DNA of 64,000 nt from Patescibacteria group bacterium (lineage in GTDB: Bacteria > Patescibacteriota > JACPGU01), in NCBI GenBank assembly GCA_041675145.1, contig JBAYUK010000002.1, positions 88,530 through 152,529 on the forward strand, given 5' to 3'. Below, in pieces: positions 35,523 through 43,971 of the stretch (positions are counted from its first letter, which is position 1; every line of letters starts with the position of its first letter). Below the pieces are notes generated by a model. The model ran no database searches. It was not told the DNA's origin and saw nothing but the letters and a program-made list of their open reading frames with translations. The position numbers and the translations under genes were made by a program.

Positions 35523-36776
35523 ATGAAATATACCAACATACAATCTCTCTTTTTTATTGCCTTAATCCCGGTACTTATAGGGGCATTTATTCCTACAGCT
35601 AAGGCTGTTGAGTATGGTGGTGTTGGAGGAAGGCCAGCATATCCACGGTCTGACAATCCTCGTACAGACTCTATTTTCGTACATAACGCGAATCCAGGAG
35701 ATGTTATTAAAGAAGGTGTCACAGTTATTAATAACACCAACGAGTCAAAAACACTTTCTGTATACGGTGGAGACTATATCCCATCTTCAGGTGGCGGGTT
35801 TGCATGTCGTCAGTTTACTGAACAACAGACAGAGGTCGGTTCATGGATTGAACTAAGTAAAAAGGAGGTAACACTCGAGCCGAAAACAAATGAGCTTATT
35901 CCTTTTACGATTAGTGTTCCCAAAAACGCAAGTGTAGGTGAGAATGACGGATGTATCTTAATTGAGGAAAAGAAAATGAGCGCAGTGGATGACGGTGAAA
36001 AAGCAGGAGTTAGTCTTCGCTTTAGAACTGGACTGCGCGTAGTAGTTACTATCCCAGGAGACATTGTAAAAAAACTTGATATATTAAACTTCAACTCAAC
36101 TAAGAAAGGTGACAAAAATATATTGCTTTCAGCTCAGGTAAAAAATAGCGGAAATGTTTCTATTGATACCGATGTAAAGATAGTTACTCGTGATATGTTT
36201 AACCGCGAGATAGCAGATCATGGTGGTGAGTTCTCTATTCTAAGAGGGCAGACTAGTGATTATAACTTTGAACTCAAGCAGCCGTTTTGGGGAGGACTTT
36301 TCTCGGCAAACCTTTCTGCGGCGTATGACCCAAGTATCACAGTTGAGTTAGGAAAGAAGTCAGATGAAAAAAGAGTAACGCTTACTGCTAAGAAGATCGT
36401 GTTCTTTTCTCCTCCAACACCACTTGCGGCCGTTATTGAGATAGTGGTTCTATTGTTGGTACTATTTCTTCTTACTAGGGTTATTAAGAAAAAGAAACAA
36501 GACCGATGGATAGCTAATAAATGGGTGCGATATACGGTACAAAAAGGAGATACAATAAACAGCTTAGCTTCAAAACACTCTGTTTCTTGGAAGTTGATAG
36601 TAAGAGCAAACAATATGCAGCCACCGTTTGTTATGGAACAGGGGAACACTATCCGACTTCCATTGATCAAAAAGAATAGGGATGTGCTCGCTGTGCTACC
36701 AGTAAAAAAACCGACAGCTTCTAAAGTAAAAAAAGTACCAAGTAAGACAAAGTTAAAGACTAAAACAAAGAGGTAG
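35523..36776 (+). CDS. Signal-peptide protein with a ~290 aa extracytoplasmic beta-rich domain, a single C-terminal TM helix, then a LysM domain and a Lys-rich tail.
   Basis: Signal peptide 'LFFIALIPVLIGAFIPTAKA|VEYGG'. TM segment 'LAAVIEIVVLLLVLFLLT' followed by 'RVIKKKKQ'. LysM motif 'YTVQKGDTINSLASKHSVSWKLIVRANNM'. The architecture resembles the membrane-anchored partner proteins of Firmicute WxL-type surface loci, but I cannot confirm homology. Confidence 0.55.
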   Translation: MKYTNIQSLFFIALIPVLIGAFIPTAKAVEYGGVGGRPAYPRSDNPRTDSIFVHNANPGDVIKEGVTVINNTNESKTLSVYGGDYIPSSGGGFACRQFTEQQTEVGSWIELSKKEVTLEPKTNELIPFTISVPKNASVGENDGCILIEEKKMSAVDDGEKAGVSLRFRTGLRVVVTIPGDIVKKLDILNFNSTKKGDKNILLSAQVKNSGNVSIDTDVKIVTRDMFNREIADHGGEFSILRGQTSDYNFELKQPFWGGLFSANLSAAYDPSITVELGKKSDEKRVTLTAKKIVFFSPPTPLAAVIEIVVLLLVLFLLTRVIKKKKQDRWIANKWVRYTVQKGDTINSLASKHSVSWKLIVRANNMQPPFVMEQGNTIRLPLIKKNRDVLAVLPVKKPTASKVKKVPSKTKLKTKTKR

Positions 36777-36784
36777 AAATTCAT

Positions 36785-36816
36785 AAGAAAGTGGGGTAAA
36801 ACCCACTTTCTTTGTT
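36785..36816 (+). terminator. Probable terminator hairpin (AAGAAAGTGGG-loop-CCCACTTTCTT) after the LysM protein gene.
   Basis: 11-bp inverted repeat; the downstream T-tract is weak (TTTGTT). Confidence 0.45.
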
Positions 36817-36845
36817 CCTGGTATTTGTTATAATTTTATATATAA

Positions 36846-39800
36846 ATGTATGAGATAAACAAACAAAGAAAAAGCATTTTTTCTATCGTAAAGCTACCTT
36901 CGTTGGTTGCTATTCTTTTCGTTTTAGAGATAGTACTTTCTTTCGTAGCGCAGTTCCCAAATCAACCGATTGCAGGTAGTGCACAAGCAGTTAGTTTAAC
37001 CCAGGGAGATGGGCTTGCAGTGTATGGGGTTTCTGCCAATACAACACCTCAAGTAAGAACATATACTGGAGCTACGAATGTATTTAGCTCTGCCTCTAGT
37101 ACGGTTAGCGGTAGTGCGCCACTATCTCTAGTCAACAAAACTTCGCCTACAAAACAGGAGGCAATCATTGGATATATAAACTCGAGTGGAACTTTACAAA
37201 TAGCGTGCTATAACGGAACAAGCTACACAAACGAATGGAGTGTGAGTGTAGGTGGCACTGGTACAGATCGTCGCTTTGATATTGCGTACGAAACTAGTAC
37301 TGGCGACGTTATGGTGTTGTACTCTACCAACACTGCGACTACTAACGAGTTGGCCTATCGAACTAAGTTAGGCTCTACAGGCTGCGGTGCAGCAAACTGG
37401 GCAAGTGCAACTAATCTTGACCCGGTAAGAACCTCTGGAGTTGTGCAGTGGGTGAAGATGGCATGGGATCGTCGTTCATCTTCTAATCTCATCACTGCTA
37501 TCTGGGCAGACGCCAACTCTGACCTTTCTGCGCAAGTGTGGTCTGGAACAGCTTGGAGTAACGAGCCATCAGCAGCGCTTGCAACAACGCTTGATGTTAT
37601 CTCTGCTGCCCAGGATGTGGAAGATTTTGATGTGGAGTACGAATCTTTATCTGGTGATGTAAAGGTAGTCTGGGGAGTTGCGCAGGGAAATAATAATCCT
37701 GGAGTACGAGAGTCTAATTGTACTGGAGGAATATCTAGTTGTACCTGGAGTGCAGTTGCTACACCAGCGACATTTAATGATGATGCAACTAACCTTGATC
37801 TTTCTGCTAACCCCCTAACTGACGAAATGGTATTTGCTTCAATTGGACAAGATCAACATGACCTACAGATTGGGTACTGGTCGGGTTCTGCCTGGACAAA
37901 TGATGCAAACGTAGATACTTCCTCAGATACACCACTTACAAAAACAAAAAAAGTCGCTACAGGGTGGGTGAAGACAGGGAGCACTACCAGAAGTATTATT
38001 GTTTATGCAGATGGTAACGGTACGACTACGAACCTTAGCTACTATACTGGGAATTCTGGGACATTTAGTGCGGGAACTGACTTTACTATGAGTCCAGTGC
38101 CTGGAGCTTTCCGTTCATTTGATATACAACAAGATCCGTATAGTTCGGATAGGATTTTGCTAACATATAGCGACGCAAACAACGATCTATTTGCTAAAAG
38201 ACTAGTTATAACAGCTGGCCCAACGTTTACATGGACTAACGCTGATTCTAGTTCGGCACTTGAAACTAGCCTCGGGCAAGCAGCGCCATTGGATTTTTCG
38301 TACGCTTTTTGGCGCTATGCTCCAAGGTTTAATGAAGCAGGATACCGTTGGTTTGAAAACAATAACTCAACTAACGCAGGAGTTGCTACAGCAAATCCTA
38401 GTGCAAGTGATGAGTTTGTTCGTGACATGAAAGCTGACTCTCAATATCTATACGCAGTAGGGCACGATACAAGCCCAGGTAATAACCAGTGGAGAATTGA
38501 AAAGAGATATATTACAAACTATGACTACGACACGAGTTTTGGAACAAGTGGAGTGATGGCCAACAATCCTTCATCAGGAGATGATCGAGCTCTAGAATTA
38601 GATATAGATACAACTTCCATGTATATTGCTGGGTATGATGTTACTCCAGGTAACGCTAGATGGAGAATTGAAAAAAGAAGTAAGTCTACTGGGTTTACTG
38701 ATTTTGGTTTTGGAACGCTCGGCGTTATTACGACCGATGTGAGTGGTGGCGATGACTATGCTCGCAGTATTACTGCTGACTCTAGTTATATCTACATTGC
38801 AGGAGTTGATGCAACGAGCTCAAATAATAGATGGCGGATAGAAAAAAGAAATAAGTCAAATGGGACTCTTGTCTCTGGCTTTGGTACTTCAGGTGTTGTA
38901 ACGAATAATCCAAGTGCAGGAGACGACCAGCCGTTGTCTATTGTGGTTAGTGGTAGCTATATCTATACGGCAGGTTATGATTCGACTCCTGGTAATAAGC
39001 AAATTCGTATAGAAAAAAGACTAACTAGTACTGGTGCTCTTGATACTGGGTTTGGTGTGAGTGGTGTCGTAACGAGTAACCCAGGTAGTGGAGATGATGT
39101 AATAAATAAAGTAAAAACTGATGGCACATATCTGTATGTTGCAGGATACGATTCTTCTGTTGGGGCAGCTAACCTCCAGTGGCGTTTTGAAAAAAGAAAT
39201 GTTTCAGATGGGTCTCTAGTTGGAGCATTCGGTTCATCAGGAGTTGCTACCAGTAACCCTACTAGTTCAAATGATGAGCTGTATGACTTTGACTATGATG
39301 GTACATATATATACCTCGGAGGTTCTGATGCAATCTCTGGTGGTGACTATGAATGGCGAATAGAAAAGCGATCCATATCTACAGGTAGTTTGGATGGTTC
39401 TTTTGGAATATCTGGAGTTATAACTAGTAACCCAGGTTCAGGATTAGATCGAATTCGTGCTGTAAAACTTTCTTCAACTAGTATTCTGACCGGTGGAGCT
39501 GGAACTAATTCTACAAATCTTGAATGGAGATTTGAAAAAAGATCTTCTACTGGTGGAGCACTTGCAAAGGTGTTGGCTGCACAGAATACTGCTGCAACTT
39601 TAACTACTATTAATGATACTTTTCGTTTACGACAACTCATAACAGTGACTGCAAATAATTTCCAGGCAGATCAGAGTTTTAAGTTGCAGTTTGCAACTAA
39701 GTCAGGAACTTGTGATACTGCTTTTTCTGGTGAAACATATACAGATATTACTGCTTCAACAGCCATTGCGTATTATAATAATGTAACTCCTACTGATGGT

Positions 39801-40592
39801 ACTGCAACAGTGAGTAATCCTCAGGATCCGACTACAGGAAATACAATAAATTACCAAACCTACGAAGAAGCAAACAACTTCACTAACTCTCAATCAACAA
39901 TTCCGGTAAACCAGGATGGTCTTTGGGATTTTTCATTATATGATAAGACGGCTACAGTAAATACTTCATACTGTTTTCGTGTAGTGAAGAGTGATGGTGT
40001 ACTGCTGGATACTTATACTCAGGTTCCGGAAATAATTACTGCTCCAGGAGCACTAACAACTGATATAGTGGATACAGGTGGCAGTTCAGTATCGAGCCCA
40101 CTTGTTACTATGAGCACAGCAATGAGCGCTAAGAACTTCCAAACTACTACTGGGACGCTTGGTACCTCTTCAGAAAAAGTCAGGGTCAACAACACAACTT
40201 CCAATCCTAAGTGGCAGATTACAATAGCTGCATCTGGAGGAGTTACTTCTCTTTGGAATGGAACAGGTAACACTTTTGATTTTAATGACCCAACAGCTAA
40301 TGCAATAGACGGAGCAGATGCTGACTCGAAAGGTGGCCAGATGACAATTAACCCTGCAGGGGGTAGTATTGCTCCTAAGTCTGGGTGTACAAATACAGGA
40401 CTAAGCTTGGGAAGTTCATCTAGTTTTTCACAAGGAGTAACAGATGCTATTTCACTCATGTCGGCAGGTGCTAGTGCGGGCGTGAACTGTTTCTGGGATT
40501 TACTCAATGTTGCCATTTCTCAGACAGTTCCCTCATTTCAGCCTTCGGATACATATTCAAGAGCTATGACTATAACAATAACTGCACTCTAA
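36846..40592 (+). CDS. Giant secreted surface protein (1248 aa) in three parts: N-terminal signal peptide and Trp-rich region; about seven tandem ~60-aa beta-propeller-type repeats ending in 'WRIEKR'; and a C-terminal domain paralogous to the 34727..35434 protein.
   Basis: Tandem protein repeats of the form 'G(T/V)SGV(V/I)T(S/N)NP(S/G)SGDD…YIY(I/T)AGYD(S/V)TPGN..WRIEKR..S.G.L…FG' run from aa ~515 to ~905. The repeats are in frame and diverged at the DNA level. The signal peptide is 'LPSLVAILFVLEIVLSFVAQ'. Confidence 0.7.
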   Translation: MYEINKQRKSIFSIVKLPSLVAILFVLEIVLSFVAQFPNQPIAGSAQAVSLTQGDGLAVYGVSANTTPQVRTYTGATNVFSSASSTVSGSAPLSLVNKTSPTKQEAIIGYINSSGTLQIACYNGTSYTNEWSVSVGGTGTDRRFDIAYETSTGDVMVLYSTNTATTNELAYRTKLGSTGCGAANWASATNLDPVRTSGVVQWVKMAWDRRSSSNLITAIWADANSDLSAQVWSGTAWSNEPSAALATTLDVISAAQDVEDFDVEYESLSGDVKVVWGVAQGNNNPGVRESNCTGGISSCTWSAVATPATFNDDATNLDLSANPLTDEMVFASIGQDQHDLQIGYWSGSAWTNDANVDTSSDTPLTKTKKVATGWVKTGSTTRSIIVYADGNGTTTNLSYYTGNSGTFSAGTDFTMSPVPGAFRSFDIQQDPYSSDRILLTYSDANNDLFAKRLVITAGPTFTWTNADSSSALETSLGQAAPLDFSYAFWRYAPRFNEAGYRWFENNNSTNAGVATANPSASDEFVRDMKADSQYLYAVGHDTSPGNNQWRIEKRYITNYDYDTSFGTSGVMANNPSSGDDRALELDIDTTSMYIAGYDVTPGNARWRIEKRSKSTGFTDFGFGTLGVITTDVSGGDDYARSITADSSYIYIAGVDATSSNNRWRIEKRNKSNGTLVSGFGTSGVVTNNPSAGDDQPLSIVVSGSYIYTAGYDSTPGNKQIRIEKRLTSTGALDTGFGVSGVVTSNPGSGDDVINKVKTDGTYLYVAGYDSSVGAANLQWRFEKRNVSDGSLVGAFGSSGVATSNPTSSNDELYDFDYDGTYIYLGGSDAISGGDYEWRIEKRSISTGSLDGSFGISGVITSNPGSGLDRIRAVKLSSTSILTGGAGTNSTNLEWRFEKRSSTGGALAKVLAAQNTAATLTTINDTFRLRQLITVTANNFQADQSFKLQFATKSGTCDTAFSGETYTDITASTAIAYYNNVTPTDGTATVSNPQDPTTGNTINYQTYEEANNFTNSQSTIPVNQDGLWDFSLYDKTATVNTSYCFRVVKSDGVLLDTYTQVPEIITAPGALTTDIVDTGGSSVSSPLVTMSTAMSAKNFQTTTGTLGTSSEKVRVNNTTSNPKWQITIAASGGVTSLWNGTGNTFDFNDPTANAIDGADADSKGGQMTINPAGGSIAPKSGCTNTGLSLGSSSSFSQGVTDAISLMSAGASAGVNCFWDLLNVAISQTVPSFQPSDTYSRAMTITITAL

Positions 40593-41500
40593 TGAATAAT
40601 AAATACCACATGTTTATTGTTATTCTGCTTCTTGCTGTAGCGCCAGTTATTGTTCGAGCTGGGTCAAATGCATTGTTTCAGCTAGAGATTCAAAACAGTG
40701 CAACACCAACGCTGAGCACACCAAGTAGCCAAGGAGGGGGAAGTAGTATAGGAAACCAAGTAAATAACCTACCTCTTGGTTCGTACAGTTTCAGTGGAGT
40801 TAGTTTTAGTGGAGCGAAGATAGAAATAATGAAAGATGGGGAAGCGTACACCCAGGTCGTGGCTGATGCGGGTGGAAACTTTTCTGGATTAATTAGCGGA
40901 TTAAATCAAGGTACATATACTTTTGGATTCATTGTGTATGATAAGAATAACCATCATAGTGATCTTGTTACGCAAGGTATTTCAATTACAGGTTCCGGGT
41001 TAGTGACTGGCTCAATAGTTGAATTACCGCCTACCGTTACAATTATTGAAGATGAAGGTAAAAAATTAAACCTCACTGGATATGGTAAGAAAGATTCTAA
41101 TATAGATATTGTAATTAGTAGTAATAGTAAAGAAATAAGTAAAATATCAGCACAAAGCTTAAACGATGGGTACTATATCGTAGATATTGGAAAATTAGAG
41201 TTTGAGGAAGATTATTATGATGTTTTTGTGTATGAGTCTCGGGCAGGAGCTGTAGCGAAGACAAAGATATCTTTTTCTGTTAGCAATAAAAGAGTTATTC
41301 TAAAAGAAGGAGAGTGTTTAGTAAGAGCAGACTTGAACTGCGACGGAAGAGTTAATCTAATAGATTTCTCAATTGCATCGTATTGGTATAATCGAACACT
41401 TACTAATGATTTTTTGGATATAGAAAAAGGTAGGTTAAATGGAGACGGACAAGTAAATCTTATAGATTTTAGTATTATGGCTTACTTCTGGACAGGATGA
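40592..41500 (+). CDS. Secreted protein with a C-terminal dockerin-like module (two calcium-binding repeats).
   Basis: Signal peptide 'MFIVILLLAVAPVIVRA'. The C-terminus 'DLNCDGRVNLIDFSIASYWYN…RLNGDGQVNLIDFSIMAYFW' shows the duplicated D-x-N-x-D-G-x-V-N-x-x-D F-loop pattern of type I dockerins. Confidence 0.65.
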   Translation: MNNKYHMFIVILLLAVAPVIVRAGSNALFQLEIQNSATPTLSTPSSQGGGSSIGNQVNNLPLGSYSFSGVSFSGAKIEIMKDGEAYTQVVADAGGNFSGLISGLNQGTYTFGFIVYDKNNHHSDLVTQGISITGSGLVTGSIVELPPTVTIIEDEGKKLNLTGYGKKDSNIDIVISSNSKEISKISAQSLNDGYYIVDIGKLEFEEDYYDVFVYESRAGAVAKTKISFSVSNKRVILKEGECLVRADLNCDGRVNLIDFSIASYWYNRTLTNDFLDIEKGRLNGDGQVNLIDFSIMAYFWTG

Positions 41501-42366
41501 AGATATATTGGATAATTATAATTTTTGTTTTCGCATTATATATCCCATCGCAAGTTCGGGCTGTTGCTGGTGATCCCCAGCTTTTTTTTACTAAAAAAGG
41601 CACCATACAGAACGTTAAAAATGGAGAGAGATTTTCAGTTGACCTTGTACTGTCTTCGAGTACTCCTATTAATGTAGTTAACGGTATTGTTGATATATCT
41701 GGACCGGCTGAAGTTGAGCAGATCATTACTGGTAGCTCAATTATTTCTCAGTGGATTGAGCCAGTTCAGATTAGGAAAGATATAAGCACCATTCCTTTTT
41801 CTGGTGTAGTTTTCGGAGGATACGCTGGGGACATAGGGCAGGTATTCACTCTTGTTTTAAAATCTAAGAATCCTGGAGAAATACTTGTCACAGTAAAAAA
41901 TACTCAAGGCTATATTAATGATGGAAATGGAACTTATATAGCACTTAAATCAGCTCCTCTAAAAATTAATGTAACGAGCGAAGACTCACATATTGTATCT
42001 CCTGTCATACAAGACACTACGCCTCCAGAGGAATTTAGTCCAGAAGTGTACCGTGACTCAGTGTTGACTGAGAATAAATGGCTCGTTTCATTTATTACTC
42101 AAGATAAAGGATCTGGTATTGAGAGATACATGGTAAAAGAAGGATCAGGTGATTTTGTGGATGCAGCCAGTCCATATGTCCTAAAGAGTGATCCAATAAA
42201 CGAAGAGATAACAGTAAGAGCAATAGATAGGTTAGGAAATATGCGTGATGCGGTCGTTACTCCCCTTGATAGTAAGGAACAAAATCCGTATATATTCCTA
42301 CTGTTTGTTGCTGGCTTATTACTGGTATCATTAACTTGGCGTAATAAGACTAAAATAAAGAAGTAG
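41497..42366 (+). CDS. Membrane-anchored cohesin-like protein (signal peptide plus ~140-aa beta-sandwich plus C-terminal TM anchor).
   Basis: The block 'VNGIVDISGPAEVEQIITGSSIISQWIEP…GQVFTLVLKSKNPGEILVTV' matches the cohesin pattern (…Yd.s.Le.v.v..G.i……G.l..i.Fk.k..G). The C-terminal hydrophobic anchor is 'YIFLLFVAGLLLVSLTW' followed by 'RNKTKIKK'. Confidence 0.55.
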   Translation: MKIYWIIIIFVFALYIPSQVRAVAGDPQLFFTKKGTIQNVKNGERFSVDLVLSSSTPINVVNGIVDISGPAEVEQIITGSSIISQWIEPVQIRKDISTIPFSGVVFGGYAGDIGQVFTLVLKSKNPGEILVTVKNTQGYINDGNGTYIALKSAPLKINVTSEDSHIVSPVIQDTTPPEEFSPEVYRDSVLTENKWLVSFITQDKGSGIERYMVKEGSGDFVDAASPYVLKSDPINEEITVRAIDRLGNMRDAVVTPLDSKEQNPYIFLLFVAGLLLVSLTWRNKTKIKK

Positions 42367-42370
42367 AGTT

Positions 42371-43249
42371 ATGCAGATTATAGTATATAAAACATTTCTT
42401 TCTTTCTGGGCTCTACTGCTCGTGATTTTTTCACTTGTAAGTCCAGTATTCGCAGTAAGCTCACAAGCGAGCATATTTATTGTTGGCCCAGCACAGGTAG
42501 AACAAGGACAGGTCTTTTCTTCATCTGTATTTGTAAGTTCTGCTGTCTCAATGAATGCAGTCAGTGCTACTATTTCCTATGATTCTTCGATGCTTGACTT
42601 AGTTCAGGTAGTAAAAGCCCCATCAATTATAAGTCTATGGGTACAGGAACCTGAGCTAGTACCGGGGTCTGTAAGGTTCTCTGCTACTATTTTAAACCCT
42701 GGGTATCAGGGGGATGGCGGGCAACTGGTTACTCTCCAGTTTAAACCAAAGAATACTGGAATATCCACCGTTAGTGTTACTAGTGGTATGATCTTAGCAA
42801 ACGACGGTTTAGGTACAGATATTACTGGACCACTAGGTTTATATCGTTTCGAGGTGAACCCATTAGCTATTAAGAAGCCTATATTAGAACCAGAGCAAAA
42901 GATTCCCGCAGAGAATGGTCTACCTTCGGGTGGTGAGTCAGATGCATTATCTGGGCCAGGGGTAGATATTATACAAAAGGCTATACAGCAACTAGATTTA
43001 AACAATGTTCCAAGTGTAGATATCCAGAAGTTAACACAAGCGCTGCCAGTCGAATATATCTTTCAAGATCAAAGAGTTAAAACCACACTCGCTGTGGTAG
43101 AACAAAAAGTTAAGCAGTACCAGGTAGCGACAGTAACATCTGTAGCGGTGAATACCGTTTCGATTAGTTTTTCTGTTGTCTACTGGGTTAGACTACTGAG
43201 ATCTCGTAGGCTTCTAGCTAGTCTGGCTAAAAAGATCGCAAATCTTTAA
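42371..43249 (+). CDS. Second membrane-anchored cohesin-like protein, paralogous to the preceding gene.
   Basis: 'VSATISYDSSMLDLVQVVKAPSIISLWVQEP…GQLVTLQFKPKNTGISTVSV' aligns block-for-block with the previous protein and with the cohesin consensus. It has a signal peptide and a C-terminal hydrophobic segment 'VAVNTVSISFSVVYWV'. Confidence 0.55.
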   Translation: MQIIVYKTFLSFWALLLVIFSLVSPVFAVSSQASIFIVGPAQVEQGQVFSSSVFVSSAVSMNAVSATISYDSSMLDLVQVVKAPSIISLWVQEPELVPGSVRFSATILNPGYQGDGGQLVTLQFKPKNTGISTVSVTSGMILANDGLGTDITGPLGLYRFEVNPLAIKKPILEPEQKIPAENGLPSGGESDALSGPGVDIIQKAIQQLDLNNVPSVDIQKLTQALPVEYIFQDQRVKTTLAVVEQKVKQYQVATVTSVAVNTVSISFSVVYWVRLLRSRRLLASLAKKIANL

Positions 43250-43250
43250 C

Positions 43251-43279
43251 TTGATTTTTATCTGTTCTTTTCCTATAGT
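43251..43279 (+). promoter_or_regulatory. Sigma-70-like promoter (TTGATT-17 nt-TATAGT) upstream of the peroxiredoxin gene.
   Basis: Hexamers and spacing read directly, ~47 nt upstream of the ATG. Confidence 0.45.
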
Positions 43280-43325
43280 GAGAGGAGGATAATAATTTTA
43301 CAGATACTAACAGATTGGGGGAACT

Positions 43326-43907
43326 ATGCTGAAAATCGGTGATAATATATTGACAAATCCTGAAATGAGTGACTATAAGTTTCATGCATTTCATCAAGAA
43401 AAAGACATAGAAATGACATATAAACAGTTGGCTGGTAAGTGGGTAGTTCTCTTTTTCTACCCAGCGGATTTCACCTTTATTTGTCCAACAGAACTAGAAG
43501 AGATGGCAGTAAAATATGAACAGTTGCAGCAAATGGGAGTAGAAGTTCTTTCTGTTAGTACTGATACTGTCTTTGTACATAAAGCGTGGCACGACGAGTC
43601 TCCTGCTATAAAGAAGATCAACTTTCCTATGGTAGCTGACCCTACTGGAAAGATATCTCGCGCATTTGGTACATATATAGAAGATGAGGGTCTCTCTCTT
43701 CGTGGAACATTCATTATTGACCCAGATGGCGTCTTAAAGGCGTTTGAAATACATGACAACAGTATTGGTCGTAGTGCCGATGAGCTTGTTCGTAAGATTC
43801 AGGCAGCTCAGTATGTAAGAGAACATGGTGGAGAAGTTTGCCCTGCAAACTGGAAGCCAGGAGATAAAACGCTTAAGCCAGGACTTGATCTGGTTGGAAA
43901 GATATAA
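43326..43907 (+). CDS. ahpC: Typical 2-Cys peroxiredoxin (AhpC/TSA family).
   Basis: Peroxidatic Cys motif 'FYPADFTFICPTE' and resolving Cys 'GEVCPANW' are both present. Confidence 0.88.
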   Translation: MLKIGDNILTNPEMSDYKFHAFHQEKDIEMTYKQLAGKWVVLFFYPADFTFICPTELEEMAVKYEQLQQMGVEVLSVSTDTVFVHKAWHDESPAIKKINFPMVADPTGKISRAFGTYIEDEGLSLRGTFIIDPDGVLKAFEIHDNSIGRSADELVRKIQAAQYVREHGGEVCPANWKPGDKTLKPGLDLVGKI

Positions 43908-43928
43908 CAATACTTGAACTTTTATAAC

Positions 43929-43958
43929 AAAAGAAATCCGGAGGGGATTTCTTTTGTT
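43929..43958 (+). terminator. Rho-independent terminator (AAAGAAATCC-GGAGG-GGATTTCTTT plus TGTT).
   Basis: 10-bp inverted repeat after the ahpC stop. Confidence 0.6.
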
Positions 43959-43971
43959 ATACTAAACTCTC

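Noticed and set aside
38388-39561. Possible tandem DNA repeat or CRISPR-like periodicity inside the giant surface gene.
   Set aside because: The repetition is at the protein level (~180-nt period). The DNA copies are well diverged and the frame is continuous, so these are coding beta-propeller repeats rather than a repeat array.
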